Positions 18,801-26,796 are shown, counted from the first letter of the stretch. The stretch is 40,000 bases of DNA from an uncultured Alphaproteobacteria bacterium (GCA_963756335.1 CAVWOB010000017.1:205536-245535), one strand, 5' to 3'. Translations and numbers: made by a program. The notes: generated from the letters alone by a model not told the origin.

Positions 18801-19326
18801 CCACGAACCCCGTACCAATCGCACGCCTTGGCATCTCGCCGAATTCTGCAGAGTCCGGGCTTTGCGCGAGGACGAGGCCGCCTCCTTCGCGAACCGCGGA
18901 CAGGCCTGCAGAGCCGTTGGACCCCGTCCCAGACATGACGACGGCAATCGCCCTCGATCCGGCGTCCTCGCCGAGCGACGCAAAAAGTTCGTCCACGGGA
19001 TGAGCGATCCCCGCCCCCCGCTTATGTGGCTCCAGCCATCCTTGCCGCACCACCAGCGCTTGACCGGGAGCAAGAACGTACACATGCCCAGCTTCGATCC
19101 GCGTCCTGCCAGCGACCTCGGAGACCGAAAGGCGGACCGTGCGCTGCAACAGCTCCGCCAGATGGCTTTTGTGATCGGGAGAGAGGTGCGATATGACGAC
19201 AAACGCCATATCTATGGGATCGCCCGACGCTTCGACGGCCTCAAAAAATGCCGTGAACGCCGTCAGGCCCCCGGCGGACCCGCCCAGGGCGACGATAGGA
19301 AAAGCGTTGGCCGGTGCAACCGTCAT
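15880..19326 (-). CDS. CheB-methylesterase / CheR-methyltransferase / PAS / HWE-type histidine kinase fusion protein (cargo gene of the element)
   Basis: 1148 aa. N-terminal CheB catalytic domain (VALGGSAGG..., MSGTGSNGSAG). CheR SAM-methyltransferase (VTGFFRD, WAPGCASGEEAYSLAMLL, IFATD). A coiled-coil, PAS modules, HisKA_2-type H-box LMHELNHRVKNALSVAQAM and HELVTNAAKYGAL. Confidence 0.85.
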   Translation of the reverse strand: MTVAPANAFPIVALGGSAGGLTAFTAFFEAVEASGDPIDMAFVVISHLSPDHKSHLAELLQRTVRLSVSEVAGRTRIEAGHVYVLAPGQALVVRQGWLEPHKRGAGIAHPVDELFASLGEDAGSRAIAVVMSGTGSNGSAGLSAVREGGGLVLAQSPDSAEFGEMPRRAIGTGFVDSVLLPEEMIATIARYAEHLRSPAAGEQQQEANTSAVQNEAGKEKAFKAILGTLRANTSIDFRNYKTGTLQRRIGRRVGLLRLNSWDAYVKYLHEKREEIQALTNDLLIAVTGFFRDQEAWNTLRDEALRPLIAAHDTDQPFRAWAPGCASGEEAYSLAMLLMEEMKAQKKRFPIEIFATDPSPTALSRARAGLYPEAALQLLPEKLRRDYFERGDDIAAVSRKLRECVVFAPQNAVQDPPFSRLNLIVYRNVLIYLQSEVQQKVLRLFHFALSEGGYLFLGSAESLGGAEFLFETISKKWRLYRQLGATRHDIVDFPSPQGGSRYLSNYPAPETGQRMPVRRTEEALKTLAGRYAPPSVLIDSNLQTLYYHGATERFLKPQSGEPTQDLLAMARDGLDLRLRRIIEKAKETNAPQTEQGQFRQDGKTVPVLVEVVPLKQDGEIRFLVSFVEAKASGMASKAEVAPDLSREQELEAEVKFLREEIITSADVMNRSQEELKSYNEEIMSMNEELRAANEELETSKEELQSLNEELNTVNNQLRAKVDELYERTNDLDNLLGSTDVATLFLGRDLHIRWFSPGVVNLFNVRSSDIGRRISDFSQKTADEDFTADCERTLRTLTPSQKQVRSRNDRWFVRRIQPYRTRDDRIDGLVVTFFDITAIEAARHYAESVVEAVPTPLLVLDPDLRVISANPAFYKSFQVSADQTLHRLVYDLGNGQWNIPLLRTLLTAVLERFENFSNQLVEHTFETIGKRTMLLSGQRVDEAQLILLVIEDITERKQDEAYQNLLMHELNHRVKNALSVAQAMASQTLSNSASLEEFGDVFQGRLAALAQAHSLLLKRDWTPVSLAQLVRDATQPFDPARVIVEGPKVELPPRKALSAYLALHELVTNAAKYGALSQNGGRVSVRLNIRRKATIRLIWQESGGPLVKQPDREGFGTNLIRQITQHELDGDCDLRYEPEGLRCELTFPNT

Positions 19327-19338
19327 TCGCGGATGCTA

Positions 19339-19626
19339 TCAGATTGGGGGGGGGGGCGCTTGGAAATTTTCCAATATTGCAACGCTATTTGCCACATACT
19401 TGTAGAGAACGGCACGGGGAAGATGCGGGCGCAAATTCCAATACTTGGCCGCAATTCCGAGAACAACTTCTTCCGTGTAGCTTGAGATGTTGGCGGTGTC
19501 GAGCACGCCCACTATGAGATCCGAAAGCAGGCATAACCGCTTGAGCGCTCTTCCAAGGCCCGCTTCTTCAGCTGACGGCCTTTGCCCGACTTTGAGCGCC
19601 GGTTCCGACCTAGGCGCGTCTGCCAT
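19339..19626 (-). CDS. Hypothetical 95-aa protein between cas1 and the kinase gene
   Basis: ORF only. It starts 14 nt after the cas1 stop with no clear SD. Its C-terminal PPPP is encoded by the 11-nt homopolymer tract at 19346-19356. Confidence 0.3.
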   Translation of the reverse strand: MADAPRSEPALKVGQRPSAEEAGLGRALKRLCLLSDLIVGVLDTANISSYTEEVVLGIAAKYWNLRPHLPRAVLYKYVANSVAILENFQAPPPPI

Positions 19627-19640
19627 CGGCTTGCGCTATC

Positions 19641-20855
19641 TTATCGCCGCGAAGTCGTCCTTCCATCGCCCCGCCTAACAGCGCTCTCAAGCCACTCGCA
19701 TAATTCGCTCAAGTCTCGTTGCGTCGCCAGCGCGCGACCCGCCACGATCCGCGCGATTTCCGGCGCGAGCCGAACGACGCCGTTGTTTGAGAGCGTGAAT
19801 TCCTTACGCCGGAAAGTGCGGTTCGCGGTGAAACTCAGAATTCGCGCATCGATGGGGCCGCGCTGCAATTCCAGCGCGTCATAGACGAGACTCGCGCGAT
19901 ACTCTTTCAAGAGATGAAGAAACCCTATGGCGGTATCGAAGCCCCAAGCCGTTAAAGCGCGTTCGATCTGTGCGGCGGCGACCATGTAAGCATAGTTCAA
20001 TATCGCGTTGAAGGGATGGAGAGCGTGACGCGGCGAAGGATTACAGAGCGAAGCGTTGCGGCTATCCCAAGAATCCCAAGCTTCCGGCCAATCTTTTCCA
20101 AGACCGCGAAAAACGAGCTTCCTTCTAAGTCCAATGAAATGCGCCTGTGCAGCTACACCTTCGGCAAGCAGGAGGTTCGGCAAATCAGTCGCCATCTTGA
20201 CCCGCGAGAGATGCGCGTGCGTCTCGCGTCTACTGAGAAAGCCGCATTCGCAGCTCGCGAGAATCTTCTGTGTGACGATGGCGGACGCGACCGGCAAGGG
20301 GTTTGAGAAAGCGGCGTACTGCGCCAGCCGAAGTTTTGCTTGCTTGGCTGGCGGCGTGGTGAGCATGACGGAAGCCGTGTTATGCCCGGTCGCGACGAAC
20401 AGCCCAACCTCATGACGCGCCAGCCATTTCAGCGCCTCTCCTGTGACATGGAAACCGGGCGCTTCCGCTATGATGCTTTCGAAAGGCGGCAGTCCAGGCA
20501 TATATGAGATTTCGCGGTCCGCGTCGAAGACTACCAGTTGCTTCTTTCGAACTGAAAGCCCGGAACACGGCCCCTGTAGAATGAGCACTTTGGCATTGAC
20601 CGCTCTAGACGATGCACGCCAGTAGGCTGGCAGTTTTAGGCTTGCTTGACCGGTCCGTCTTAACGCATCCGGTGTTAACCCGCATTCCTTGACCGCCCGC
20701 ATAGTCGCGTTGACTTTATAGCCATGCTTCTCGGCGAGTTTTGCGTAGGATAATCCCGAAGCCCTTCCTTGAAGCATCGAATTCAGAACGTTTTCGGGAA
20801 TGTCGATGCGAGGCATGAGAAAATCCGTCGAAGAAAACCAGGTGCTAATGTACAC
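19641..20855 (-). CDS. cas1: Stand-alone Cas1 homologue (putative casposase)
   Basis: 404 aa. The C-terminal half reads ...LLLAEGVAAQAHF...HPFNAILNYAYMVAAAQIERALTAWGFDTAIGFLHLLKEYRASLVYDALELQRGPID. This matches the Cas1 alpha-helical domain pattern N..LNY.Y...G.d...GFLH...R.SLvyD..E..Rp.vD, with the Glu/His/Asp metal-binding positions present. The N-terminal half looks like a beta-rich Cas1 N-domain (VLILQGPCSGLSVRKKQLVVFD...). An alternative start lies at 20816. Confidence 0.8.
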   Translation of the reverse strand: MYISTWFSSTDFLMPRIDIPENVLNSMLQGRASGLSYAKLAEKHGYKVNATMRAVKECGLTPDALRRTGQASLKLPAYWRASSRAVNAKVLILQGPCSGLSVRKKQLVVFDADREISYMPGLPPFESIIAEAPGFHVTGEALKWLARHEVGLFVATGHNTASVMLTTPPAKQAKLRLAQYAAFSNPLPVASAIVTQKILASCECGFLSRRETHAHLSRVKMATDLPNLLLAEGVAAQAHFIGLRRKLVFRGLGKDWPEAWDSWDSRNASLCNPSPRHALHPFNAILNYAYMVAAAQIERALTAWGFDTAIGFLHLLKEYRASLVYDALELQRGPIDARILSFTANRTFRRKEFTLSNNGVVRLAPEIARIVAGRALATQRDLSELCEWLESAVRRGDGRTTSRR

Positions 20856-21134
20856 GCACGAAATTACAAGCGCGTAAATGCGCGCACTTTTCGGCGTCTC
20901 TCAAAAACGTCTCAACAAAACATGCCACCACAGACAGACATAAAAGAGAACTCTACTTTGTTCTAGCTGATTTGGCTAGAGCTAAGCCTTTGCCTTTCTT
21001 GGTACTCCTGTCCGTATGCGATGAAATTACAACACTTAGAACCTGACTTAGAACCTGACAGGCCGCGTTAACCTTTGGTTAACCCACGCCGTCTCAAATC
21101 AGGTTAATGTAGCAATAGAAGGAAGGAGAAAGCT
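20856..21134. promoter_or_regulatory. Divergent control region between cas1 (-) and the RHH/PolB operon (+)
   Basis: AT-rich 279-bp spacer. Perfect tandem 12-mer CTTAGAACCTGA x2 (21035-21058). Palindrome GTTAACCtttGGTTAAC (21067-21083). GAAATTACAA occurs twice (about 20866 and 21023). Strong SD gaaggaaggag precedes the 21135 ATG. Confidence 0.5.
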
Positions 21135-21419
21135 ATGCCTAAGCATGAAAAACAGGTCGCTCTGCAAATCTACCCTGTAGATTTCGAATACATCACAGAA
21201 CTATCCACGGAACGCGGCGTGTCGAAGCGCCACATTTTACGTTCGGCGCTTAGATCGGGCTTGCGCATGTTGCTCGAAAAACACTCGAATACAGCGTTGC
21301 TCGATCAATATGACGCCGCTCTCAAGCAAGGTTTTGAGAAAGAGTGTCGCGAGAAAGCTGATAGGCTTCGCAAAACTTGGGCGCTCGATTTCAGCGAGGC
21401 TGACAATGTTGCCGTTTGA
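21135..21419 (+). CDS. Small ribbon-helix-helix (CopG/Arc-like) DNA-binding protein, putative
   Basis: 94 aa with a strong SD. The N-terminal stretch KQVALQIYPVDFEYITELSTERGVSKRHILRSALRSGLRML fits a beta-strand/helix/helix RHH layout. Confidence 0.5.
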   Translation: MPKHEKQVALQIYPVDFEYITELSTERGVSKRHILRSALRSGLRMLLEKHSNTALLDQYDAALKQGFEKECREKADRLRKTWALDFSEADNVAV

Positions 21420-21687
21420 CGAAAAGATTAGATATGCCGTCGATCTTTCACCTGAGGAACATCGTGTTCTTTGGGCTTTGGCACGCGAGTGCGGCTTGGT
21501 ACGCTCCGACTTGGCGGCGATAGCCATCGTGCGCGGCTTACCGCTCATTTCTGATGGTGAGAAGCTGACGGCTTACAAGGCGCGCCGCCGGGAAGCGCTC
21601 AATCTGCGGCGCAAGTTCAATCCCGATCTTGATGAGCGCGATTTTGAGCCGTCGAGAACTGAGACCGGACATGCGCACGCTTCCTGA
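21406..21687 (+). CDS. Second small RHH-like protein, putative
   Basis: Internal ATG at 21406 overlaps the upstream stop by 14 nt. IRYAVDLSPEEHRVLWALARECGLVRSDLAAIAIVRGL again resembles the RHH pattern. Confidence 0.4.
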   Translation: MLPFDEKIRYAVDLSPEEHRVLWALARECGLVRSDLAAIAIVRGLPLISDGEKLTAYKARRREALNLRRKFNPDLDERDFEPSRTETGHAHAS

Positions 21688-22216
21688 AACGAACATCACC
21701 GGTTTCCGGCTTATCGACAAGGGCGCACCCGCCGTTGCAGAACGTATCCAAGTTTTTTTAAGCGCGCCTATGCGGATGTATCGCGCCTCGCATTACGATG
21801 CTCTCGCGCGCCGTATCGAAATGTCGCTCCACCCGAGAGCCGATGTTTTATCCGCGCGCGAAATGTTTCTTGATTGGCGAGATTGGTGCGTCAACTACCG
21901 AGAGCGCATCGCAAGGGTCTCTATCGTTTACATCTTGACTGATCTGCACGGGTATATCGGCGCTGGCCAGTTCGCCGAACTTGCGGAGATGATTAATCTC
22001 CCGAACGAATGTGATCGGCATCCCGTCCGCAAAATGATCGCCGTCCGCCCCTATACCCGTAGCATGCATGCCGATAACTTAGAGTTCTGCGAACGTGGTC
22101 ATTTTGAGATGCTTCCGAATTGGGATTTTCAGCGCTGCGCAAAATTCAGTAAGAGCTTGCCGAGTTACCATATCAGTTACGTCGAATTAGTCCGCAAAGA
22201 AAAAAAAGGCGGCTGA
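21671..22216 (+). CDS. Hypothetical protein with a Cys/His-rich C-terminal part
   Basis: ORF 21629-22216; the ATG at 21671 overlaps the upstream gene end. No recognisable family. The C-terminal segment CDRHP...HADNLEFCERGH...C might bind metal. Confidence 0.45.
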   Translation: MRTLPETNITGFRLIDKGAPAVAERIQVFLSAPMRMYRASHYDALARRIEMSLHPRADVLSAREMFLDWRDWCVNYRERIARVSIVYILTDLHGYIGAGQFAELAEMINLPNECDRHPVRKMIAVRPYTRSMHADNLEFCERGHFEMLPNWDFQRCAKFSKSLPSYHISYVELVRKEKKGG

Positions 22217-22227
22217 AAACGCCGCCT
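22207..22227 (+). terminator. Possible hairpin terminator/attenuator after the 195-aa ORF
   Basis: AGGCGGC-tgaaaac-GCCGCCT stem-loop spanning the stop codon, followed by a weakly T-rich tail (tgtaaatctgtctt). Confidence 0.3.
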
Positions 22228-22520
22228 TGTAAATCTGTCTTCGTGTAAGCCCGAGTTAAACCACAAAATCGAGTGTCACAAGCATTCGACTTTGTCAAGG
22301 CTATCAGCGGAACCCTCAATTCCGCATCGTTAGAAGGAGACCTTCTTTAATGACCGCTAGTTTCAGTCGCCAAACCATCAACCGAACAGTCAAAAAGGAC
22401 TCCAAATCATGTCCCAAAATAACAACAGCACGTCTGCGCCGCAAGAAAAACTAAGGCGCTCGCACAAAATTTCTATGACCGCGACCGGCGCTTTCGCCTC
22501 GATAAAAGGAGGCTGCCGTC

Positions 22521-23195
22521 ATGGCTAAAAAGCTGACCCGCGCCGAAAAAAGAATTGCCGGGGCCAAAGCGGCGGATTTCCGTAAGCTGACAAAGGCCGA
22601 ACTCGAAAAGCTTGGCCATTCGGCTAAATCATCGCGCTATATAGAGATCGGCAAGCGCGTCGCCAAAAACACGAAGACGATTTCGAAGCGCCTTTTCACG
22701 GTCAAGATGACCGGCGCGTCACCGGAAGCTCTCGCGAGAGCGCATGCGGAAGGCGAACTGATCTATAAGAGCCGGAAGAACCAAGATGCAGCCGAGAAGC
22801 AGCGACGCACACGACTTAAACAAAAGGTTGAACGCAACGCGAAACGCGAGCTTGAATTAGCCGATAGGAAGTACAAACCATTATCAGCGAAACAATCCGA
22901 ACGCGCGACGTTTAACTTCGAAAAGAAGGTCTCGAATATTCGATATGCCCAACCCGAATTGAATGCGCGAGAAAAGCAGTCTTGGCGAGTTAGCCGGTAT
23001 ATTGGCGATCAAGCTGTAAACGATTATCGCCAAAAGGTCAGCGATCCAAACCATTTCGTTCCTCACGGTCGCTATCAAAACCTGCTCGATATCGCGCGCG
23101 CAGCGGGTGATCCTAACATTGGGCGGCTCTTGCAGTCGAAAAGCGATAAACGCGCAAGCGATGAAGATGACTTAGAAATTGATGAGGCGGCCTAA
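22521..23195 (+). CDS. Highly basic Lys/Arg-rich 224-aa protein, translationally coupled to PolB (nucleic-acid-binding; terminal-protein candidate)
   Basis: Strong SD aaaggagg. The stop overlaps the PolB start (TAATG at 23192-23197). Lys/Arg-rich throughout. No recognisable family. Confidence 0.6.
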   Translation: MAKKLTRAEKRIAGAKAADFRKLTKAELEKLGHSAKSSRYIEIGKRVAKNTKTISKRLFTVKMTGASPEALARAHAEGELIYKSRKNQDAAEKQRRTRLKQKVERNAKRELELADRKYKPLSAKQSERATFNFEKKVSNIRYAQPELNAREKQSWRVSRYIGDQAVNDYRQKVSDPNHFVPHGRYQNLLDIARAAGDPNIGRLLQSKSDKRASDEDDLEIDEAA

Positions 23196-25996
23196 TGTCA
23201 AACGAAGCATTCACGGTCATTCCGAACACGACGCGGATAATCATGCCCAGCGCGTTCGAAATCGCTCTTTTAGAAAATCGCGCAGCACAAGACAAAGCAC
23301 GTGGAAAAGAACGCAGTCGGCGATTTCGCAAAAGTTTGGCGAATGATCCAGAGAAGCGCACGAAGCGAGTTGAAGCGGAAAAGCGCCGAAAAAAAGAAAA
23401 CCCGCAAGCCGACGCGGCATATGAACGCCGCGCCAAAAGCGACAAATATCACAAACCTTTCGTTTCCATCGATGCGGAGGGACAAAACTATCTCGGCTTG
23501 GATGATATCAAGCGCCTACACGGCGTTCTCGATCAACAGGGGAATCCGGTATCACCTCTCGAAATCGTCTTTCCCGCCCATCATACCTTTCTGTGGGGCG
23601 CTAAAGGTTCGTTGCGGAAGCATGCCGCGAGCGCCATCGAAAAAGCAGAACCAGAACAACAAAAGCGCATGCTGCTGGAGATGGAAGACACGACCGAATA
23701 TTGGCTTGGCGATCAAAGTAAAAAACCGCTTACGTCTCTCGAAATCGTGGAATGGCTAACAGGCTTGCCGGAGAAGTTCGGTCCAAAAAACGGCTACAAA
23801 CACGGTGTCGTGTTCGTCTCTTTCGCATTCGGTTACGATGCTACGCAGATATTGAAAGGCTTGCCACATGAGGTCGCATATAAAATCAGTCGTCGCGAAA
23901 TTTACGGGACTAAAAAAAGCGTTGCCGGGTTTGAGTTCTGGAAAGATTATGCTTTTGAGTATCTCAAAGGAAAGTATCTAAAAATATGGAAGCTCGTTCC
24001 TGGACGAAGCCCGTGGCTCTTGAAGCTTGATAAAGACGGCCAGCCATACACAAATGCGAACGGGGAACTCGCGCGAAAACTCAACTCGACGGCGCACATT
24101 TGCATATTCGACGCTTTCGGTTTTTATCAAGAGAGTTTCGTTAGGGCGACACAAAGTCTTGTGGACAAGGGATATGTAGAAAAGTCCGATCACGATATCG
24201 TTGCCGAAAACAAAAAGCATCGCTCTAAGTTCGATAACGTAGATTTCGATACTATCAAGAAATATTGTGGACTTGAGCTAACAATGCTTTCGAAGGCGCT
24301 GACGGTATTGCGTGACGGGACCGACAAAATCGGAATTAGGTTGTCGCGTTGGTCCGGCGCAGGTACGGCGGCGGGCGAGCTTATCAAAGAAAAAAAGCTG
24401 AAGGAAGAGCACTATTCTGAAGATATAGCAATTCGCGACATAAGCATGCAGCAAGATCGCGCCCATCATGCGTTTTTCGGTGGACGAATTGAGTTGATAA
24501 AACAAGGCTACGCCAAAGACCAAAGGCTCCAGATTTATGATATCGCAAGCGCATATCCAAGTGCTTGCTTGTGCCTGCCCTCGATGAAAGGCGGAACATG
24601 GATACATAGCGGATGCAAACCAGTCCGCTACGTCGAAGGAAAACAGGCGAATATCCTAAGCATGTTTCACGTTCATTGGAATTTTCCGAGGCAAGGAAAA
24701 GATGGAAGACCTATCCCCTTCTTCCCATTTCCCTACAGAACCGTGAAAAGAGGACTTATTCTTTTCCCGAGCGCTGGCAATGCATGGTTGATGCGCGACG
24801 AAGTATTGGCAGGAATTGATTGGTTCAAAACATTTTTTCCAAAGACGAAGATTGAAAGCCATATGCGCATCGAAGAATGTTCGTTATTCGAACCGGCAAG
24901 CGATGCAAAGCCTTACGATTTTCTACCGGACATGTATAAATGGCGCAAGGCGCTTAAGCAGCAACATGATATTACTGAAAAGGTTATCAAACTCGTCATC
25001 AATTCGCTTTACGGCAAGACCGCCCAGTCTATCGGCGGCAACGCGGAGAATGGCACGCCGCCTTCATCCGCCTGCCCCTATTACGCATCCGCAATTACAG
25101 CGTGGTGTCGCGCGCGCGTGCTGAAAGCGGCGCTAAAAGACCCGTATGCAATCGTGTCTTTCATGACCGATGGAATATGCAGTCAGCGCCCGCTCGATCT
25201 CGGGGCGCTGCTCAAGCCGGAAGGCTCGCGCGACGTTCATCTAGGCGATTGGGAATGGAAGGAAGTACAAAACGGCTTCTTTCTGCAAAGCGGCGTCTAT
25301 GCATATGAGAAACTCAACAAGACAGGAAAAGCCGTGCAGACAGGCAAATCTCGCGGTTTTGATCCGAAGAAAATCGATGGTCAGACGGCTGACGGCGGAC
25401 CAAGCGACGATCCACATGCATCTCTATTCGAAAAAGACTTGTTAGACTTCTTTCGCGAAGACGTTTTGCCTATCTGGAGAATGCCCCCTGTATCGAGAAA
25501 GAGCGACGGTTCTGAAATTGCGCCGACATTCATCTATTGGATCAAGCGATACATTTCGATAGGCGAAGCATGCACGTCGCCCGAACGGTTTAAGCTGGCA
25601 GGACGTTGGGCGTATGTGCCACGAGAAATGCGGGTCATGAAACCTGGGCCTAAACGCGACTGGCTTGATGGAACGGGATGGTCAATCATGTCAGACCCTA
25701 ACCCTAAGCCGCTAGCGCTTAAACGGCTTGAACAATTCGAGACATGGTTCGGCATTGGCGCGCGCGAAATGTACGAATGTATCAAAGCGGGAGAACCGTT
25801 ACGCTGCCGCTATTTGGTTCCAACAATTCCCGCGCTCAATCCGACGCCCGAACAGTTGTCCGCACCTGCTTATCCCGATTGGCTTGACAAAGATCGCGAT
25901 ACGAAGAAAGTACCACGTACTGATGACAGAGAAGAGCTTTCACTGATCGATGAATATGACGAAGATACTATCACGGTGCTTGCGGGGATGAGTTGA
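23195..25996 (+). CDS. Family-B DNA polymerase with 3'-5' exonuclease domain
   Basis: 933 aa. Exo I FVSIDAEG. Exo II-like VVFVSFAFGYDATQIL. Pol motif A LQIYDIASAYPSA (DxxSxYPS). Motif B KLVINSLYGKTAQ (KxxxNSxYG). Motif C IVSFMTDGI (TDG in place of the canonical DTD). A basic ~85-aa N-terminal extension is also present. Confidence 0.85.
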   Translation: MSNEAFTVIPNTTRIIMPSAFEIALLENRAAQDKARGKERSRRFRKSLANDPEKRTKRVEAEKRRKKENPQADAAYERRAKSDKYHKPFVSIDAEGQNYLGLDDIKRLHGVLDQQGNPVSPLEIVFPAHHTFLWGAKGSLRKHAASAIEKAEPEQQKRMLLEMEDTTEYWLGDQSKKPLTSLEIVEWLTGLPEKFGPKNGYKHGVVFVSFAFGYDATQILKGLPHEVAYKISRREIYGTKKSVAGFEFWKDYAFEYLKGKYLKIWKLVPGRSPWLLKLDKDGQPYTNANGELARKLNSTAHICIFDAFGFYQESFVRATQSLVDKGYVEKSDHDIVAENKKHRSKFDNVDFDTIKKYCGLELTMLSKALTVLRDGTDKIGIRLSRWSGAGTAAGELIKEKKLKEEHYSEDIAIRDISMQQDRAHHAFFGGRIELIKQGYAKDQRLQIYDIASAYPSACLCLPSMKGGTWIHSGCKPVRYVEGKQANILSMFHVHWNFPRQGKDGRPIPFFPFPYRTVKRGLILFPSAGNAWLMRDEVLAGIDWFKTFFPKTKIESHMRIEECSLFEPASDAKPYDFLPDMYKWRKALKQQHDITEKVIKLVINSLYGKTAQSIGGNAENGTPPSSACPYYASAITAWCRARVLKAALKDPYAIVSFMTDGICSQRPLDLGALLKPEGSRDVHLGDWEWKEVQNGFFLQSGVYAYEKLNKTGKAVQTGKSRGFDPKKIDGQTADGGPSDDPHASLFEKDLLDFFREDVLPIWRMPPVSRKSDGSEIAPTFIYWIKRYISIGEACTSPERFKLAGRWAYVPREMRVMKPGPKRDWLDGTGWSIMSDPNPKPLALKRLEQFETWFGIGAREMYECIKAGEPLRCRYLVPTIPALNPTPEQLSAPAYPDWLDKDRDTKKVPRTDDREELSLIDEYDEDTITVLAGMS

Positions 25997-26047
25997 AAGC
26001 TTAAGTCTCGTGCGACGCGATTTGGTGACCATGCAGGAAACACGTAA

Positions 26048-26308
26048 ATGAACAACACCTTTCAGAATTACATGCTCAAACTCGGGCCTCTGTTCGGCGG
26101 CGTCATGTTGCCGAACCCAAGCCCAGCGGAAGTCAATCTTTCGAATATCTATGCAGAGTTGAACCATAGTTCGGATGCCGAAATACACGCAAGAGATTTT
26201 GTTCGCGCGCGCAAAAGCGTTGAAAATGTGCTGTACGCGGTCGTACGCATCATGAAACTCATCAGAACTTCTTTGGAGGTTGCATGCCGTTCGCTCTTAT
26301 CATCATAG
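26048..26308 (+). CDS. Hypothetical small protein
   Basis: 86-aa ORF with a weak SD (agga). It overlaps the downstream membrane-protein gene by 25 nt. Confidence 0.35.
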   Translation: MNNTFQNYMLKLGPLFGGVMLPNPSPAEVNLSNIYAELNHSSDAEIHARDFVRARKSVENVLYAVVRIMKLIRTSLEVACRSLLSS

Positions 26309-26796
26309 GCTTGGCTTTGGTCATCACCTCTGCCCAAGATACTTACGTGCAGTTTGGGCGTCAGATCAAATCCGATTTGATCGGACCGGGAGGTTTTATC
26401 TATTGGGCGGCTTCTCTCGGAATGGCGGGCTCTTTTGGATACATCGAACCGCTGCGCCGTTTCAGCACCGCGTTAATGGGTCTGGTCTTGTTGGTGTTTC
26501 TGTTGAAGAACAAAAATTTCTTCGCCAATCTCAAAGCCGGTTTGGCGGCGAAACCTGTAACTCCCGCAAAAAGCGATGCGTCAAAGATGCCTTCCATCTC
26601 GCCAGCTTCTTTGGCGCTCACGCTCGATAAGAACACGCTCAACCTTGGCGGAAACGCTACGAACTTCGGTAATTGGATGACGCAACTCATGACGGGGGTT
26701 GATCCGGCGACGGCTGTGCCGCTCACAGGCATCAACGGCGTTTCGGTTGACGACTTCCTTGGCGCATGGCGCGGGCCGGAGAGCGGAGCTTTTTGA
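26284..26796 (+). CDS. Hypothetical integral membrane protein (about three TM helices)
   Basis: GGAGG lies 5 nt upstream of the ATG. Hydrophobic segments FALIIIGLALVITSA, FIYWAASLGMAGSFGYI and ALMGLVLLVFLL. Confidence 0.6.
   Translation: MPFALIIIGLALVITSAQDTYVQFGRQIKSDLIGPGGFIYWAASLGMAGSFGYIEPLRRFSTALMGLVLLVFLLKNKNFFANLKAGLAAKPVTPAKSDASKMPSISPASLALTLDKNTLNLGGNATNFGNWMTQLMTGVDPATAVPLTGINGVSVDDFLGAWRGPESGAF

Noticed and set aside
22320-22520. Tiny ORFs in the 300-bp gap before the basic-protein gene (for example MSQNNNSTSAPQEKL at 22409).
   Set aside because: They are too short, have no convincing SD or conservation evidence, and cannot be supported from sequence alone.
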